A stretch of DNA of 64,000 nt, taken from contig JBALDB010000056.1 in assembly GCA_036918135.1 (NCBI GenBank), forward strand, positions 128,001 through 192,000. Direction: 5' to 3'. The stretch comes from Nostoc sp. (GTDB taxonomy: Bacteria; Cyanobacteriota; Cyanobacteriia; Cyanobacteriales; Nostocaceae). The position numbers were made by a program, and so were the translations under genes. A model generated the notes under the pieces. That model ran no database searches, had not been told where the DNA came from, and saw only the letters and a list, made by a program, of their open reading frames with translations. Each line of letters begins with the position of its first letter. The first letter of the stretch is position 1. This document shows, piece after piece, positions 33,436 through 44,585 of this stretch.

Positions 33436-33572
33436 TATCGCTATTCAAAGAAAAATATTTGATTTTTGAATTGAAAAAGCTATTATCAAAACAATAAGAA
33501 AAGCGTAAGATGCCTTCTAGTTGACGGTGAATGTTGAATGCTGAATGTGTAGTTTTCACAATTTATTGTTCT

Positions 33573-34361
33573 TCATTCATCATTCCATAATTCTTCTGCA
33601 ACTTTTGTCGGTAGTTTAGTTAAATCTGGTAATCTTAACATTTCGATTTCGGCAACTTGCTCTTTGATATTCACTGGCAAGTTTAATGGTTGATTTTCTT
33701 CTATCCAGCAACTTGCTAATGGCAAGGTTTGTTCCATTTCGTCTAGGGGTCGAGGAATCACCATCACTGCATTTAACTCCCCAATGCGTTCTGCCTCAAA
33801 CATCCCAGCTTCCACTGCTACGGCAACATTGGCTACAGAACCACGAATAATCGCTGTACACAAACCCGCACCAATTTTTTCATAAGCTGCTAAATGGACA
33901 TCAGCAGCTTTGAGCATGGCATCACACGCGCCCACCATCGCTGGGAATCCTCGCGTTTCTACCAAACCAATTGCCTGATTACTCAGACGACTGGAATTAC
34001 CCTCTTCCATCAATTTAGTAAAACGCGCAGTGATCGGAAGTACTATATCTAAGTTGGGATAAGGTCGGGGAATTACTAAGCTAGAAACCAGCTGACCAAA
34101 TTGTTCAGCAGTTTGGACACCTGATTCTACCGCAAGACGTACATCCGCAATTCCACCCCGGACGATCGCAGTACAATGACCGCTACCAATTTTTTCATAA
34201 CCAACTAGGTGAACTCCAGCAGATTTTAGCATCATATCTGCTGTTCCAACGATTGCTGGGAAGCTGAGGGTAGAAACTAAGCCCAAAGCAGTATCCTTGA
34301 GGTCGTCGAATTGACCCGATGAATGCATAGTACTCATAGACCGTTGATTAAATGTTTCCAT
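33573..34361 (-). CDS. ccmO: Carboxysome tandem-BMC protein CcmO
   Basis: Two BMC domains (ADMMLKSA; DAMLKAA...IPRP); follows ccmN. Confidence 0.92.
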   Translation of the reverse strand: METFNQRSMSTMHSSGQFDDLKDTALGLVSTLSFPAIVGTADMMLKSAGVHLVGYEKIGSGHCTAIVRGGIADVRLAVESGVQTAEQFGQLVSSLVIPRPYPNLDIVLPITARFTKLMEEGNSSRLSNQAIGLVETRGFPAMVGACDAMLKAADVHLAAYEKIGAGLCTAIIRGSVANVAVAVEAGMFEAERIGELNAVMVIPRPLDEMEQTLPLASCWIEENQPLNLPVNIKEQVAEIEMLRLPDLTKLPTKVAEELWNDE

Positions 34362-34417
34362 GTGAATTTTCCAAGATACGGAAAAGGCCGACAACTTACA
34401 ATTAACACTTACTCAGA

Positions 34418-35158
34418 CTAATCGTCAGAGTTTTGGTCGCTCAAGGATTGTCTATGGGGAAACAATGTGGTCAAAAGTCTTTGTATACTGCCTTGCCCAT
34501 AAATTTGAGTCCCGAAATTGTTAGGGGATTCTGTGGTTGGCACAGTTGGGTCTTCTTGGGGGGGTGGTTGCAAACTTGAGTCAGCATCACTCACAGGCTT
34601 CTCTGGTGGAGGAGACTGGGTTTGTGCAGTGGCGGGAGATTTAAAGAAGGAAATTGAACGCCCTTTTAACTCTACAAAACCTGAAGCTGATAAGTTAGTT
34701 GAAGAAATTACCTTTTGTTCGCCTTCCCCTAAGCCATTATCGTTTTGGGCAGTTGTCGAAGCTGGATTATTTAGGGATGGATTGAGTTGTTGTGTTTGAC
34801 TAATTTGGCGACTGGTATCTCCCAAAATTGAACCAGATGGAATTACTTGTCCAGGTTCAACTGAACAATTGAAAATCGTTGTTGCTGAACCAATGCAAGC
34901 ATTTGCTCCAATTTTGCCCTTGCCAACCATCAAAAAACCGGCTCCCAGGTTTGCGCCTGCTTCTACCTCTAGGGTTCCTTCATGGACTTGGAGAATTGAC
35001 CCCATACCAATACAGACCCCTGGCCCAATGACGATCTTGCTGTTTGCAGCTGCTTGGAGTATTACCCCAGGTGCGAGTACCGCGCTTGGATCAACACTCA
35101 CCTCACCACTAATGTAAGAATCAAAGTTATTGCTGAGGCGCAGTGGCGGCACAGACAT
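34418..35158 (-). CDS. ccmN: Carboxysome assembly protein CcmN
   Basis: Hexapeptide beta-helix N-terminus; C-terminal IYGQGSIQRLLTTLFPH encapsulation peptide. Confidence 0.92.
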   Translation of the reverse strand: MSVPPLRLSNNFDSYISGEVSVDPSAVLAPGVILQAAANSKIVIGPGVCIGMGSILQVHEGTLEVEAGANLGAGFLMVGKGKIGANACIGSATTIFNCSVEPGQVIPSGSILGDTSRQISQTQQLNPSLNNPASTTAQNDNGLGEGEQKVISSTNLSASGFVELKGRSISFFKSPATAQTQSPPPEKPVSDADSSLQPPPQEDPTVPTTESPNNFGTQIYGQGSIQRLLTTLFPHRQSLSDQNSDD

Positions 35159-35347
35159 GGAAATTTTAACCTCGAAAGGCACAAGAAATTAGAGATTTAG
35201 GAGTTAGAAGTCAAGAGTGAGGAATTAGTTCAAAGTAAGGAGTTATAAATTTTTAGTTTAGAGTTATGAATTCAAAATCTTTTTCAACTCCTAACTCCTA
35301 ACCAAAGCAACCCAAACGTCTTTGGTGAGGCTCCTAACTCCTAACTC

Positions 35348-37090
35348 TTAAGGACGTTGAATAATAGTTTCCAATACCCGACGCTTGGCTTTGGGGTCAA
35401 TACCAATCAAGCGTACATATTCTCCTTGATATTGAGCGAGGTGCGCTTCTACAGCTGCTATGGCTTCTCTCTCTGAAGAGCCTTTAATTGGCCCGCTACT
35501 AGTCCACGAACCTGTACGGAAGCGTCGCTGATCTACATGTTCAATGCTGATTTTATATCCTCCAGCCAATAATTGTCTTAACTGGTCTACTACTTCAGAA
35601 TCTAAACGTGTACTGGTAGCTGTTGCCCTTCCTGAATAAGAAGACTCACTGCTATATGATTTTTGACCGCCACTGCTATATGATTTTTGACTACCACTAC
35701 TAAATGATTTTTGACTACCACTATTAGAGGAACCTACTTGACCATTAGGACGTTGGATGATAGTTTCTAGTACCCGCCGTTTAGCTTTGGTGTCAATGCC
35801 AATTAAACGTACATACTCGCCTTGATGGTTGCCTATACACTCTTCTACAGCTGAAATCACTGCATTTGTCGAAGTTGCTTCAATTGACTTGCAACTACTC
35901 CAAGAACCAGTCCGGAAGCGGCGCTCATCCACGTGTTCGGTGCCAACTTTATAACCACCAGCCAAAAGTTGGCGAATTTGCTCTACAGTTTCGTTATCAA
36001 TTTTGCCGCTGCCAGAGCCGTTACTATAGCTGTCACTATAGCTGTCACTATAGCTGTTACCATAGCCATTATTGCTGCTATAATTGCCATTGCTAGAACT
36101 ACTAGGAGCTCTAAAGCTGGTAGCTGGTCTCACTTCACCATCGGGACGTTGGATGATTGTCTCTAACACCCTTCGTCTACCTTTATCAATGCCAAACAGC
36201 CGGACATATTCACCACTGTGGTTTCTGACACAAGTTTCCAAAGCGCCGATCGCTTCATTTAAAGATCTCGGTTCGATTGGCTGGCAACTAGTCCAAGAAC
36301 CCGTCCGGAACCGTCTTTGGTCTACATGCTCCGTGCCAATTTTATACCCTTGCTGTAATAGATAGCGCAACTGCTCTATTGTTTCTGTACTTAAGTTATT
36401 ACTCGACACGTTACTACTCCTTTCCAACTCTAAAACAGTAATACCATTACCTGTATAAGATTTAGCAATTTCATCCCGAATGGGGGTTATACATTTGGTA
36501 TCCTCAGCACAGAGATAACCAGCTCGTAGTGCCTGATTAATCCCAACCACATGATGAGCGAATTCTTTATCTTGATCTTGCACATCTGGCAAGCGGTCAG
36601 CTTGCTGCTGGCTAGTAATTATTGCTCCTGAAGGTACATACTTTCCTGGGGGAATTTCTACATCTTGAATTAAAGCGTGCATCATCACGATGCAACCTGC
36701 ACCTACCCTGGCATTAAACACTGTAGAGCGAAAGCCGATGAAGGAATTATCTCCTACATAAGCTGGCCCGTGAATTAGAGCCATGTGAGTAATGCAAGCA
36801 TTTTTGCCTATCCATACCGAGTATTTATTTTGGTCGTCGCCAAGTACTCGACCTTGCTCCAACCCATGAATTACAACACCATCTTGAATATTAGTATTTT
36901 CACCAAGATAAAAGGGTGTGCCTTCATCCGCTCTAATCGTAGTCCCCGGAGCAACGATTACATTTGCACCTAAGCGTACATCTCCAATCAAATTGGAATA
37001 TGTATGTACAAAAGCAGTTTTATGGATTTGGGGTTCAGCTAAATTCTTTGACCACGGGGTTGGGGGTGCCGCCGTGCTGCGGACTACCAT
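35348..37090 (-). CDS. ccmM: Carboxysome protein CcmM (gamma-CA domain + 3 Rubisco SSU-like domains)
   Basis: [18 protein letters not shown]; three [13 protein letters not shown]...YVRLxGID...[11 protein letters not shown] repeats. Confidence 0.97.
   Translation of the reverse strand: MVVRSTAAPPTPWSKNLAEPQIHKTAFVHTYSNLIGDVRLGANVIVAPGTTIRADEGTPFYLGENTNIQDGVVIHGLEQGRVLGDDQNKYSVWIGKNACITHMALIHGPAYVGDNSFIGFRSTVFNARVGAGCIVMMHALIQDVEIPPGKYVPSGAIITSQQQADRLPDVQDQDKEFAHHVVGINQALRAGYLCAEDTKCITPIRDEIAKSYTGNGITVLELERSSNVSSNNLSTETIEQLRYLLQQGYKIGTEHVDQRRFRTGSWTSCQPIEPRSLNEAIGALETCVRNHSGEYVRLFGIDKGRRRVLETIIQRPDGEVRPATSFRAPSSSSNGNYSSNNGYGNSYSDSYSDSYSNGSGSGKIDNETVEQIRQLLAGGYKVGTEHVDERRFRTGSWSSCKSIEATSTNAVISAVEECIGNHQGEYVRLIGIDTKAKRRVLETIIQRPNGQVGSSNSGSQKSFSSGSQKSYSSGGQKSYSSESSYSGRATATSTRLDSEVVDQLRQLLAGGYKISIEHVDQRRFRTGSWTSSGPIKGSSEREAIAAVEAHLAQYQGEYVRLIGIDPKAKRRVLETIIQRP
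36407..36422 (-). promoter_or_regulatory. Internal RBS + in-frame GTG for the short CcmM (M35-like) isoform
   Basis: AAGGAG-tagtaac-GTG, in frame (codon 228), just before the first SSUL domain. Confidence 0.7.
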
Positions 37091-37107
37091 TGCAAGATTC
37101 CTCCTCT

Positions 37108-37224
37108 ATGTCATTTGTCTTTTGTCATTTGTCATTTGTCTTTTGTCATTTGTCAGTTGTCCTTTGTTACTCACTAATGACTAATGACTAATGACCAATG
37201 ACTAATGACCAATGACTAATGACT
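37108..37224. repeat. STRR heptamer tracts (TTTGTCA; ATGACTA/ATGACCA) between ccmL and ccmM
   Basis: tgtcatttgtcttttgtcatttgtc... and actaatgactaatgactaatgacc... Confidence 0.85.
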
Positions 37225-37525
37225 ACCTATATTGATCTTTTTTGCTGTAAATTAGGCGATCTGCTAGGTTAATGGTGTCTATAATTGCCACCACTGCTGC
37301 ATCTAATGGACGCTGTTCATTGCCAACAACTTGACGAGCGGCACTGCCACGAGTGACGAGTACCCACTCATCTACTCCTGCTCCCACAGTATCTGCTGCT
37401 ACTTCATACTGTGGTAGGATATTTCCGTCTTCATCCACTAATTGTAACAACAGTAGCTTTACACCTCTAAGACTTGGGTCTTTTTGCGTACTAACTACTG
37501 TGCCGCGAACTTTGGCAACTTGCAT
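37223..37525 (-). CDS. ccmL: Carboxysome vertex protein CcmL
   Basis: GTVVSTQK, VAADTVGAG, GSAAR, DAAVVAIID. Confidence 0.96.
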   Translation of the reverse strand: MQVAKVRGTVVSTQKDPSLRGVKLLLLQLVDEDGNILPQYEVAADTVGAGVDEWVLVTRGSAARQVVGNEQRPLDAAVVAIIDTINLADRLIYSKKDQYR

Positions 37526-37531
37526 TACAAA

Positions 37532-37876
37532 TTATGGTCTTCTACCAAAAGGACGAATTGCATTCACATTTTCCCGGAATTGCTCTACGTCTTCTGTATA
37601 ACGAATTGGCAGGACGTATTCTAAGTTTTCGTGAGGACGAGCAATGATGTGAGTAGACAGTACTTGTCCGCCGTTGACTCGTTTGACCGATTCAACTCCT
37701 GCGGCTACGGAAGCTTGAACTTCTGATACGTCTCCCCGCACAATCACTGTCACCCGACCACTACCGATTTTTTCATAACCTACTAGAGTCACACGGGCTG
37801 CTTTCACCATTGCATCAGCAGCTTCCACTACCGCTGGAAAGCCTAGTGTTTCAACCATTCCTACTGCGATCGACAT
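37532..37876 (-). CDS. ccmK1: Carboxysome shell hexamer CcmK1 (C-terminal extension)
   Basis: [24 protein letters not shown]; tail [13 protein letters not shown]. Confidence 0.92.
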   Translation of the reverse strand: MSIAVGMVETLGFPAVVEAADAMVKAARVTLVGYEKIGSGRVTVIVRGDVSEVQASVAAGVESVKRVNGGQVLSTHIIARPHENLEYVLPIRYTEDVEQFRENVNAIRPFGRRP

Positions 37877-37965
37877 TAGTTTTAATCCTTATTTAAAGTT
37901 TTAGCCTTGGACACAAACGATGCTCAAAAAACTAGAAAGCGTTAATTACTTTGTTTAAACGGCTT

Positions 37966-38274
37966 TTAGGTACGGAACTGTTCCACAGCTTCTGTGTAAC
38001 GTATCGGCAAGACGTACTCAAGGTTTTCGTGAGGACGAGCAATAATGTGTGTGGATAACACTTCACCACCATTGACTCTTCTGGCTGCTTCCACCCCAGC
38101 AGCTACGGAAGCTTGAACTTCCGATACGTCTCCCCTAACTATCACGGTGACGCGAGCGCTACCAATTTTCTCGTATCCTACTAAAGTGACACGGGCAGCT
38201 TTTACCATCGCATCAGCAGCTTCCACGACTGCTGGAAAGCCCTTCGTTTCAATCATTCCAACTGCAATTGGCAT
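37966..38274 (-). CDS. ccmK2: Carboxysome shell hexamer CcmK2
   Basis: [21 protein letters not shown]...[10 protein letters not shown]. Confidence 0.92.
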   Translation of the reverse strand: MPIAVGMIETKGFPAVVEAADAMVKAARVTLVGYEKIGSARVTVIVRGDVSEVQASVAAGVEAARRVNGGEVLSTHIIARPHENLEYVLPIRYTEAVEQFRT

Positions 38275-38930
38275 CGCAGAACTCCTACAAAATTAATCCA
38301 ATCGGTACTGTTATTTGAAAATTTTGACGGGGAGAGCTTGATCTTAGAGCTAAGAAAACACTTCCAAATTAAGCATAGGAAAGCTTGGCGTCCCTGGCAA
38401 TATAAATCACTATAATAGTTTATGATAAAAAAGTTTTAAAAAACTTAACAAAAATTTATCTGTGTCCATGAGCAATTAAAGTTCGCTGATTCCTAGAGCA
38501 GCTACTTATGCTTTATAATTTCTTTATGACATTTACAAAACGAGATTCATAGCCAAGGCTAATTCGATCTGGGAAGGGACGAGCAGTCGCTGTATGTTCT
38601 GCTGGTTCTATCTTTCTTCAGTTTTTGCTACATCTACAAGGACTAGGTGAAAAATATATAAATTTTTCAAATATATTGTATAAATTACTTGAGTCAAAGT
38701 AGAAATACAAATAAAAACAGGGATGATATTAAGGCAAGTAAATGCTTTTGCTTATGTGAAGTTATATTTTACTGAAGTTTAATAGAGTAAAAGTAAGTAA
38801 AAATACTCCGAAGTTACAGTAGAAACAATAGTAAAGAAAGATTGAGGTTTTGGCAAATTAATTTGTATGAAACAAATAGTTGTCTGAAAGCTTTTTTAAA
38901 ATCAAGGCTAAGTCGTCAAGGTAAATTTAA

Positions 38931-40787
38931 ATGAGTCAATTTTTATTTTTAACAAGTTGGTTTGTGCCGTTATATAGCTTATCCGGCGCAATTTTGACCT
39001 TACCGTGGGGGTTGGGAATAATCCGGCGAACAGGGCCAAGACCTGCGGCATACATCAACTTGTTGACGACCGTTTTGGCTTTTGTCCATAGCTTGTTTGT
39101 ATTTAAAGATATTTGGGATAAAGAACCAGTAAAGTTATTGGTTAATTGGTTCAAAGCTGCGGATTTAGACTTATCCTTTGCCTTGGAACTCTCACCAGTA
39201 AGTATCGGGGCAACAGTTTTAATTACAGGCTTAAGCTTACTGGCACAAGTTTACGCCTTGGGTTACATGGAAAAAGACTGGTCGTTAGCGCGTTTTTTTG
39301 CGTTGCTGGGATTTTTTGAAGCGGCACTGAGTGCTCTAGCAATCAGTGATTCTCTATTTTTCAGCTATGCTCTTTTGGAAGTCCTGACACTTTCAACTTA
39401 CTTGCTGGTGGGGTTCTGGTATGCTCAACCATTAGTGGTGACAGCAGCGCGAGATGCATTTTTAACTAAACGGGTGGGAGACTTATTACTGCTGATGGCT
39501 GTAGTCACCCTTTCCACCTTGGCTGGCAGTTTGAACTTTTCCGATTTATATGAGTGGGCGCAAACAGCTAATTTAAGCCCAATTACATCCACATTATTGG
39601 GGTTGGCTTTAATTGCTGGCCCTGCGGGTAAATGTGCCCAGTTTCCCCTGCACCTGTGGTTAGATGAAGCGATGGAAGGGCCGAACCCCGCCTCAGTAAT
39701 GCGAAATTCCTTGGTAGTAGCTGGTGGTGCTTATTTGCTATTTAAACTGCAACCATTGTTAGCCCTCTCACCAGTTGCCTTGAATGTTTTGGTAGTTATG
39801 GGCACGGTAACAGCAATTGGTGCAACATTAGTATCCATAGCCCAAATAGACATTAAACGAGCCTTATCTCATTCTACTAGTGCATACATGGGGTTAGCGT
39901 TTTTGGCAGTAGGCTTACAGCAAGGGGGTGTAGCCTTGATGTTGCTGTTAACCCATGCGATCGCCAAAGCATTATTATTTATGAGTTCTGGTTCAGTAAT
40001 ATTAACTACCCAAAGCCAAGACTTAACGGAAATGGGCGGTCTGTGGTCAAGGATGCCAGCTACCACCACTGCCTACGTTGTCGGTTCGGCAGGAATGGTC
40101 ACACTTTTACCACTAGGAAGCTTCTGGGCAATGTTAGCATGGGCTGACGGTTTTGTAAGTATTAGCCCTTGGGTGATTGGAGTTTTATTATTAGTCAATG
40201 GCTTGACAGCATTGAACTTGACCAGAGTATTTAGATTAGTTTTCTGGGGGAAACCGCAACCCAAGACCCGCCGTACCCCAGAAGTTGGTTGGTCGATGGC
40301 CTTGCCAATGGTGACTTTAATAGTATTGACTTTGCTTTTACCCCTAATGCTACAGCAATGGTATCTGCTACCTGATTGGGAAAGTATTAATTGGTATGTA
40401 GCATTAGCGCTATTTGCTTCTACAGTACTAGGAGTAGTTGTAGGCTCTACAGTTTATCTGCACAAAGCTTGGTCAAGATCGAGAATTTTAACATGGAGAT
40501 TTGTCCAGGATTTGTTGGGTTATGACTTTTATATAGACCGAGTTTATCGACTCACCATAGTGAATGCAGTTGCACTGCTATCTAAGATTTCTGCTTGGAG
40601 CGATCGCTATTTGGTTGACGGTATAGTGAACTTAGTTGGCTTTGCTACAATTTTTGGCGGACAAAGTTTAAAGTACAGCATTTCTGGACAATCCCAAGGT
40701 TATATGTTGACCATCCTAGCTGTCGTCAGCATCCTGGGCTTTTTCATCAGCTGGTCGTTAGGTTTATTAAATAAATTGCCTTTTTAA
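38931..40787 (+). CDS. ndhF4: NDH-1 subunit F4 (constitutive CO2 uptake)
   Basis: GKCAQFPLHLWLDEAMEGP; in the ndhF-ndhD-cup cluster divergent from ccmK. Confidence 0.88.
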   Translation: MSQFLFLTSWFVPLYSLSGAILTLPWGLGIIRRTGPRPAAYINLLTTVLAFVHSLFVFKDIWDKEPVKLLVNWFKAADLDLSFALELSPVSIGATVLITGLSLLAQVYALGYMEKDWSLARFFALLGFFEAALSALAISDSLFFSYALLEVLTLSTYLLVGFWYAQPLVVTAARDAFLTKRVGDLLLLMAVVTLSTLAGSLNFSDLYEWAQTANLSPITSTLLGLALIAGPAGKCAQFPLHLWLDEAMEGPNPASVMRNSLVVAGGAYLLFKLQPLLALSPVALNVLVVMGTVTAIGATLVSIAQIDIKRALSHSTSAYMGLAFLAVGLQQGGVALMLLLTHAIAKALLFMSSGSVILTTQSQDLTEMGGLWSRMPATTTAYVVGSAGMVTLLPLGSFWAMLAWADGFVSISPWVIGVLLLVNGLTALNLTRVFRLVFWGKPQPKTRRTPEVGWSMALPMVTLIVLTLLLPLMLQQWYLLPDWESINWYVALALFASTVLGVVVGSTVYLHKAWSRSRILTWRFVQDLLGYDFYIDRVYRLTIVNAVALLSKISAWSDRYLVDGIVNLVGFATIFGGQSLKYSISGQSQGYMLTILAVVSILGFFISWSLGLLNKLPF

Positions 40788-40867
40788 GTAGAGACAAGGG
40801 TTAACCCTTGTCTCTACAAGTTTCTCCCGTTGCCTCCCCATCCCCTCATCCCCCTTACCTGAAGTCT

Positions 40868-42367
40868 ATGCTTAGTGCTTTAATTCTAGTGCCGTTGATT
40901 GGCGCAGCTTTAATTGGTTTCTGGCCCTCTAGTATTAGTGGGAAACTTGCCCGTGGGGTAGCTTTGGGCTTTGCGATTACTGTTTTATTTTTGACAGTTG
41001 TATTAACAATTCAGTTCCGTCCTGGAGAAGTTAGTCAACAATTTGCCGAGTCTGTTCCTTGGATAGATGTTTTAGGCTTGAACTATAACCTGGGAGTAGA
41101 TGGTTTATCTTTGCCATTGCTGATCTTAAATGGACTATTAACTTGCATTGCCATCTACAGTAGCGATGAATCCCTTGGGCGTCCTAAATTGTATTACTCT
41201 TTGATACTACTGTTAAGTGTTGGGGTGACAGGAGCTTTTTTAGCACAGGATTTACTGCTATTTTTCCTGTTTTACGAGTTGGAGTTAATTCCGCTATATC
41301 TGTTGATAGCTATTTGGGGTGGTACAAGACGGGGTTATGCTGCAACAAAATTTCTCATTTATACTGCTGTTTCCGGAATCCTGATTTTAGCAAGTTTCTT
41401 AGGTATAGTTTGGCTGAGTGGTTCCTCTAGCTTTGCATTAGCAAGCTTGAACACCACAACTTTACCTTTAGCAACACAACTTTTATTGCTAGTGGGAATT
41501 TTGGTAGGTTTTGGGATAAAAATTCCCTTAGTTCCCTTCCATACTTGGTTGCCAGATGCTCACGTTGAAGCTTCCACACCGATTTCCGTGCTTTTAGCTG
41601 GAGTACTGTTGAAGTTGGGAACTTACGGCTTACTGCGATTTGGCATGAACTTGTTACCACAAGCTTGGAGTTATCTGGCTCCTTGGTTAGCAATTTGGGC
41701 AGTTATAAGTGTATTGTATGGTTCATCGTGTGCGATCGCCCAAACAGATATGAAAAAAATGGTGGCGTACAGTTCTATTGGACACATGGGCTATGTACTG
41801 ATAGCAGCAGCAGCGGCTACACCTTTAAGTGTCTTGGGTGCTGTCATGCAGATGATTAGTCACGGCTTGATTTCTGCAATGCTGTTTTTGTTGGTGGGAG
41901 TTGTGTATAAAAAAGCCGGAAGTCGGGATTTAGAAATCATTAGAGGACTGCTGAACCCAGAACGGGGTATGCCAGTAATCGGTAGCTTGATGATTGTGGG
42001 AGTCATGGCCAGCGCAGGTATACCGGGGATGTTAGGGTTCATTTCCGAATTCGTAGTTTATCGGGGCAGTTTTGCAGTTTTTCCGGTACAAACACTGTTA
42101 TGCATGATTGGTACGGGTTTAACAGCGGTTTATTTTCTATTACTTATGAACCGCGCCTTTTTTGGACGTTTATCTTCACCTGTTGTCAACTTACCACGCG
42201 TGTATTGGAGCGATCGCATTCCCGCTGCAATCTTAGCCTTGCTAATTGTAATTTTTGGCATCCAGCCCTCTTGGTTATCACGCTGGACTGAACCAACAAT
42301 TACAGCGATGGTGAATACTCAAAATGTTGTAGCAACAGTGTCCTTGGATAAGAAAATGGGGAGATGA
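40868..42367 (+). CDS. ndhD4: NDH-1 subunit D4
   Basis: FYELELIP, PFHTWLPDAHVEA, AYSSIGHMG; ATG at 40868. Confidence 0.88.
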   Translation: MLSALILVPLIGAALIGFWPSSISGKLARGVALGFAITVLFLTVVLTIQFRPGEVSQQFAESVPWIDVLGLNYNLGVDGLSLPLLILNGLLTCIAIYSSDESLGRPKLYYSLILLLSVGVTGAFLAQDLLLFFLFYELELIPLYLLIAIWGGTRRGYAATKFLIYTAVSGILILASFLGIVWLSGSSSFALASLNTTTLPLATQLLLLVGILVGFGIKIPLVPFHTWLPDAHVEASTPISVLLAGVLLKLGTYGLLRFGMNLLPQAWSYLAPWLAIWAVISVLYGSSCAIAQTDMKKMVAYSSIGHMGYVLIAAAAATPLSVLGAVMQMISHGLISAMLFLLVGVVYKKAGSRDLEIIRGLLNPERGMPVIGSLMIVGVMASAGIPGMLGFISEFVVYRGSFAVFPVQTLLCMIGTGLTAVYFLLLMNRAFFGRLSSPVVNLPRVYWSDRIPAAILALLIVIFGIQPSWLSRWTEPTITAMVNTQNVVATVSLDKKMGR

Positions 42368-42537
42368 GGAAGTGTGGGAAGTGTGGGGAGTGTGGGGAGA
42401 GGGGGGGGAAAGATGACCAGATGAGATAGTGTGGGGAGTGTGGGGGGAAAAATTTATACTTCTGGCTTTCGCCTCTTCTCCATCCTCCCACACCTCCTTT
42501 TTCTCCCACACTCCCTGTTTGCCCAATGCCCCATGCC
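42357..42537. repeat. G-rich/C-rich 9-mer inverted repeat tract between ndhD4 and cupB
   Basis: gtgtgggaagtgtggggagtgtgggga...ctcccacacctcc...ctcccacactcccc. Confidence 0.7.
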
Positions 42538-42560
42538 TTATACTTTATGGAGAACTAGCA

Positions 42561-43691
42561 ATGGTAACTATTAGAAATAAATTCACTAACGAACCTTTAC
42601 CTGAGTTTATTGAACGCTTGCAAACAGGACAGGCATTACTTACCGATACTCCAGAAAATGTCGTGGAAGTAGTTGGTATTCTCAAAAGCTATGGCGTAGT
42701 TATAGATGCCTATTCAGTAAATCTAAATTACATTGCCGAGCATCAGTTTTTAGTATTTTTCCCATTTTTTAAATACTTTAATGGAAAAGTATCTTTTCAG
42801 AAATTACTGCGTCACTGGTGGCACGATCGCATTAATTTTGAATATGCCGAATATTGCATGAAAGGCATGATGTGGCACGGTGGCGGCGGTTTAGACACAT
42901 ATTTAGATACAGAAGAATTTAAAGAAAGAGCGCAAGCTGTCATCACAGCTAAATTTAAAAATAATCCTTTAATTTTAGGCATTAACCAACTGTTTCCGGA
43001 GTTTTTAACCGAACAGTTACGCGTTTTTGCTTACTACACTGGTTTAGGTCAATTTTGGCGAGTCATGGCTGATATTTTCCTCAGCTTATCAGACCGCTAT
43101 GACAAAGGCGAAATCAAATCGATTCCCCAAGTTGTAGACCATATTAAAGCAGGGTTAGTGGAAAATGCATCCAAGCCAATTACCTACACAGTCAAAGTTC
43201 GGGAAAAACTCTATGATATCATTCCCGAAGACGTTGGTTTGACTTTCTTAGCAGACACAGCAATACCTTATGTAGAAGCAGTTTTCTTTAGAGGAACACC
43301 TTTCCAGGGCACAGTTTCATACAACGCCCAAGCTTATCAAATCTCCCCAGATCAAAGTCGATTCCAATATGGCGCATTATACGCCGATCCTTTACCCATC
43401 GGCGGCGCAGGTATTCCCCCCACCTTGTTGATGCAAGATATGCGTCATTATCTGCCAGAGTACTTGCATGAAATTTATCGTCACAGTCTTCGGGGAGAAG
43501 ATGATTTGCGAGTGCAAATTTGCATGACTTTCCAAAAATCGATGTTTTGCGTCACCACAGCAGCGATTTTAGGACTAGCGCCTTATCCAATAGATACCAA
43601 AGATCCATCTGAGGAAAAAGCTAATCGAGTTTATTTCGGAAAGTGGATGAGTCGCTTAGAAACTTCACGGTTGTTAGATGTGAATAAATAG
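42561..43691 (+). CDS. cupB: CO2 hydration protein CupB (ChpX)
   Basis: HDRINFEYAEYC, YVEAVFFRG, GIPPTLLMQDM; 376 aa from ATG 42561. Confidence 0.9.
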   Translation: MVTIRNKFTNEPLPEFIERLQTGQALLTDTPENVVEVVGILKSYGVVIDAYSVNLNYIAEHQFLVFFPFFKYFNGKVSFQKLLRHWWHDRINFEYAEYCMKGMMWHGGGGLDTYLDTEEFKERAQAVITAKFKNNPLILGINQLFPEFLTEQLRVFAYYTGLGQFWRVMADIFLSLSDRYDKGEIKSIPQVVDHIKAGLVENASKPITYTVKVREKLYDIIPEDVGLTFLADTAIPYVEAVFFRGTPFQGTVSYNAQAYQISPDQSRFQYGALYADPLPIGGAGIPPTLLMQDMRHYLPEYLHEIYRHSLRGEDDLRVQICMTFQKSMFCVTTAAILGLAPYPIDTKDPSEEKANRVYFGKWMSRLETSRLLDVNK

Positions 43692-43708
43692 TTGACTTTT
43701 GGTAAAAA

Positions 43709-44452
43709 TTATGCGTTCGGTTCAATGCCTAGAGAGCGCAATTGAGCAGCTAGGCCATCGGCTCTTTGGCGTTCTTGTTCGGCTCTTTGACGTTCTTGTT
43801 CGGCTCTTTCTTCGCCCGTCAACAACAAATTACCTTGTAAATCCCACCAGCGCAGCCAAGGTAATTCCATATTCTGATATTGTCCCTGCCATAGACCCAA
43901 CTCCACCTCTAAAGGATGTATGGGATAATGTCCGCGTTCATTTGCTGTTAATAACTGATATTCTCCACCAATTAATTCATAAACTTCTACACTGGCTTTA
44001 TTCACTTCATAAATGCCGTAGAAGGGAGGCCGAATCACTTGCTCGTAAATCCAAAATTTCCCCTTCCAAGGAGTTTTATCTCGCTCCTCTCTACCATCTC
44101 CAGAAACAAATTCTAATACAATTAATGGGGCAATAAATTCTCGCCATAATACATAAGACCTGCGCGTTTGTCCATCAAGAGTAGGTGGTACATTTCCTAC
44201 ATAAAACCAATCAGGTGCTTCGGCACCTTTTTCTGGAGGGTCAGTCATCCGCCAGTAGATACCGCTATCTTGACCGATGCAGTATTGTCCATCAGGATGA
44301 CGCTTTTCCAATATCGGTTTTATTGAGTCGGTAAGGAGAATACTTTGAGGATGTTCCTGAAAGTTTTTCACGAATGTACCGTCAGACTCAGGAAGTTGTG
44401 TATGGTCTGGGAATGGGGTGAGGTCGGTGGATAAATCGGTTGCAGAGGTCAT
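43709..44452 (-). CDS. Uma2 family protein with heptad coiled-coil tail
   Basis: PDHTQLPESDG, APDWFYV, IVLEFVS; RAEQERQ repeats; ends LRSLGIEPNA. Confidence 0.88.
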   Translation of the reverse strand: MTSATDLSTDLTPFPDHTQLPESDGTFVKNFQEHPQSILLTDSIKPILEKRHPDGQYCIGQDSGIYWRMTDPPEKGAEAPDWFYVGNVPPTLDGQTRRSYVLWREFIAPLIVLEFVSGDGREERDKTPWKGKFWIYEQVIRPPFYGIYEVNKASVEVYELIGGEYQLLTANERGHYPIHPLEVELGLWQGQYQNMELPWLRWWDLQGNLLLTGEERAEQERQRAEQERQRADGLAAQLRSLGIEPNA

Positions 44453-44585
44453 AAGGTCACCTTTGCAGGAATAAGGGTTGTTTTTTAGTTTAGCAAGCGA
44501 TCGCAGTCTTTCTGTCAAAGCTAGGCTCAAGTTATTAAGGCTCTCTTGTGTCAGAATTAATCTAAGCATTTTGGGAGTTGCAAAG

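Noticed and set aside
43699..44136. 145-aa (+) ORF and similar 49984-50238 ORF
   Set aside because: Antisense shadows of the two paralogous Uma2 genes; their similarity follows from that paralogy
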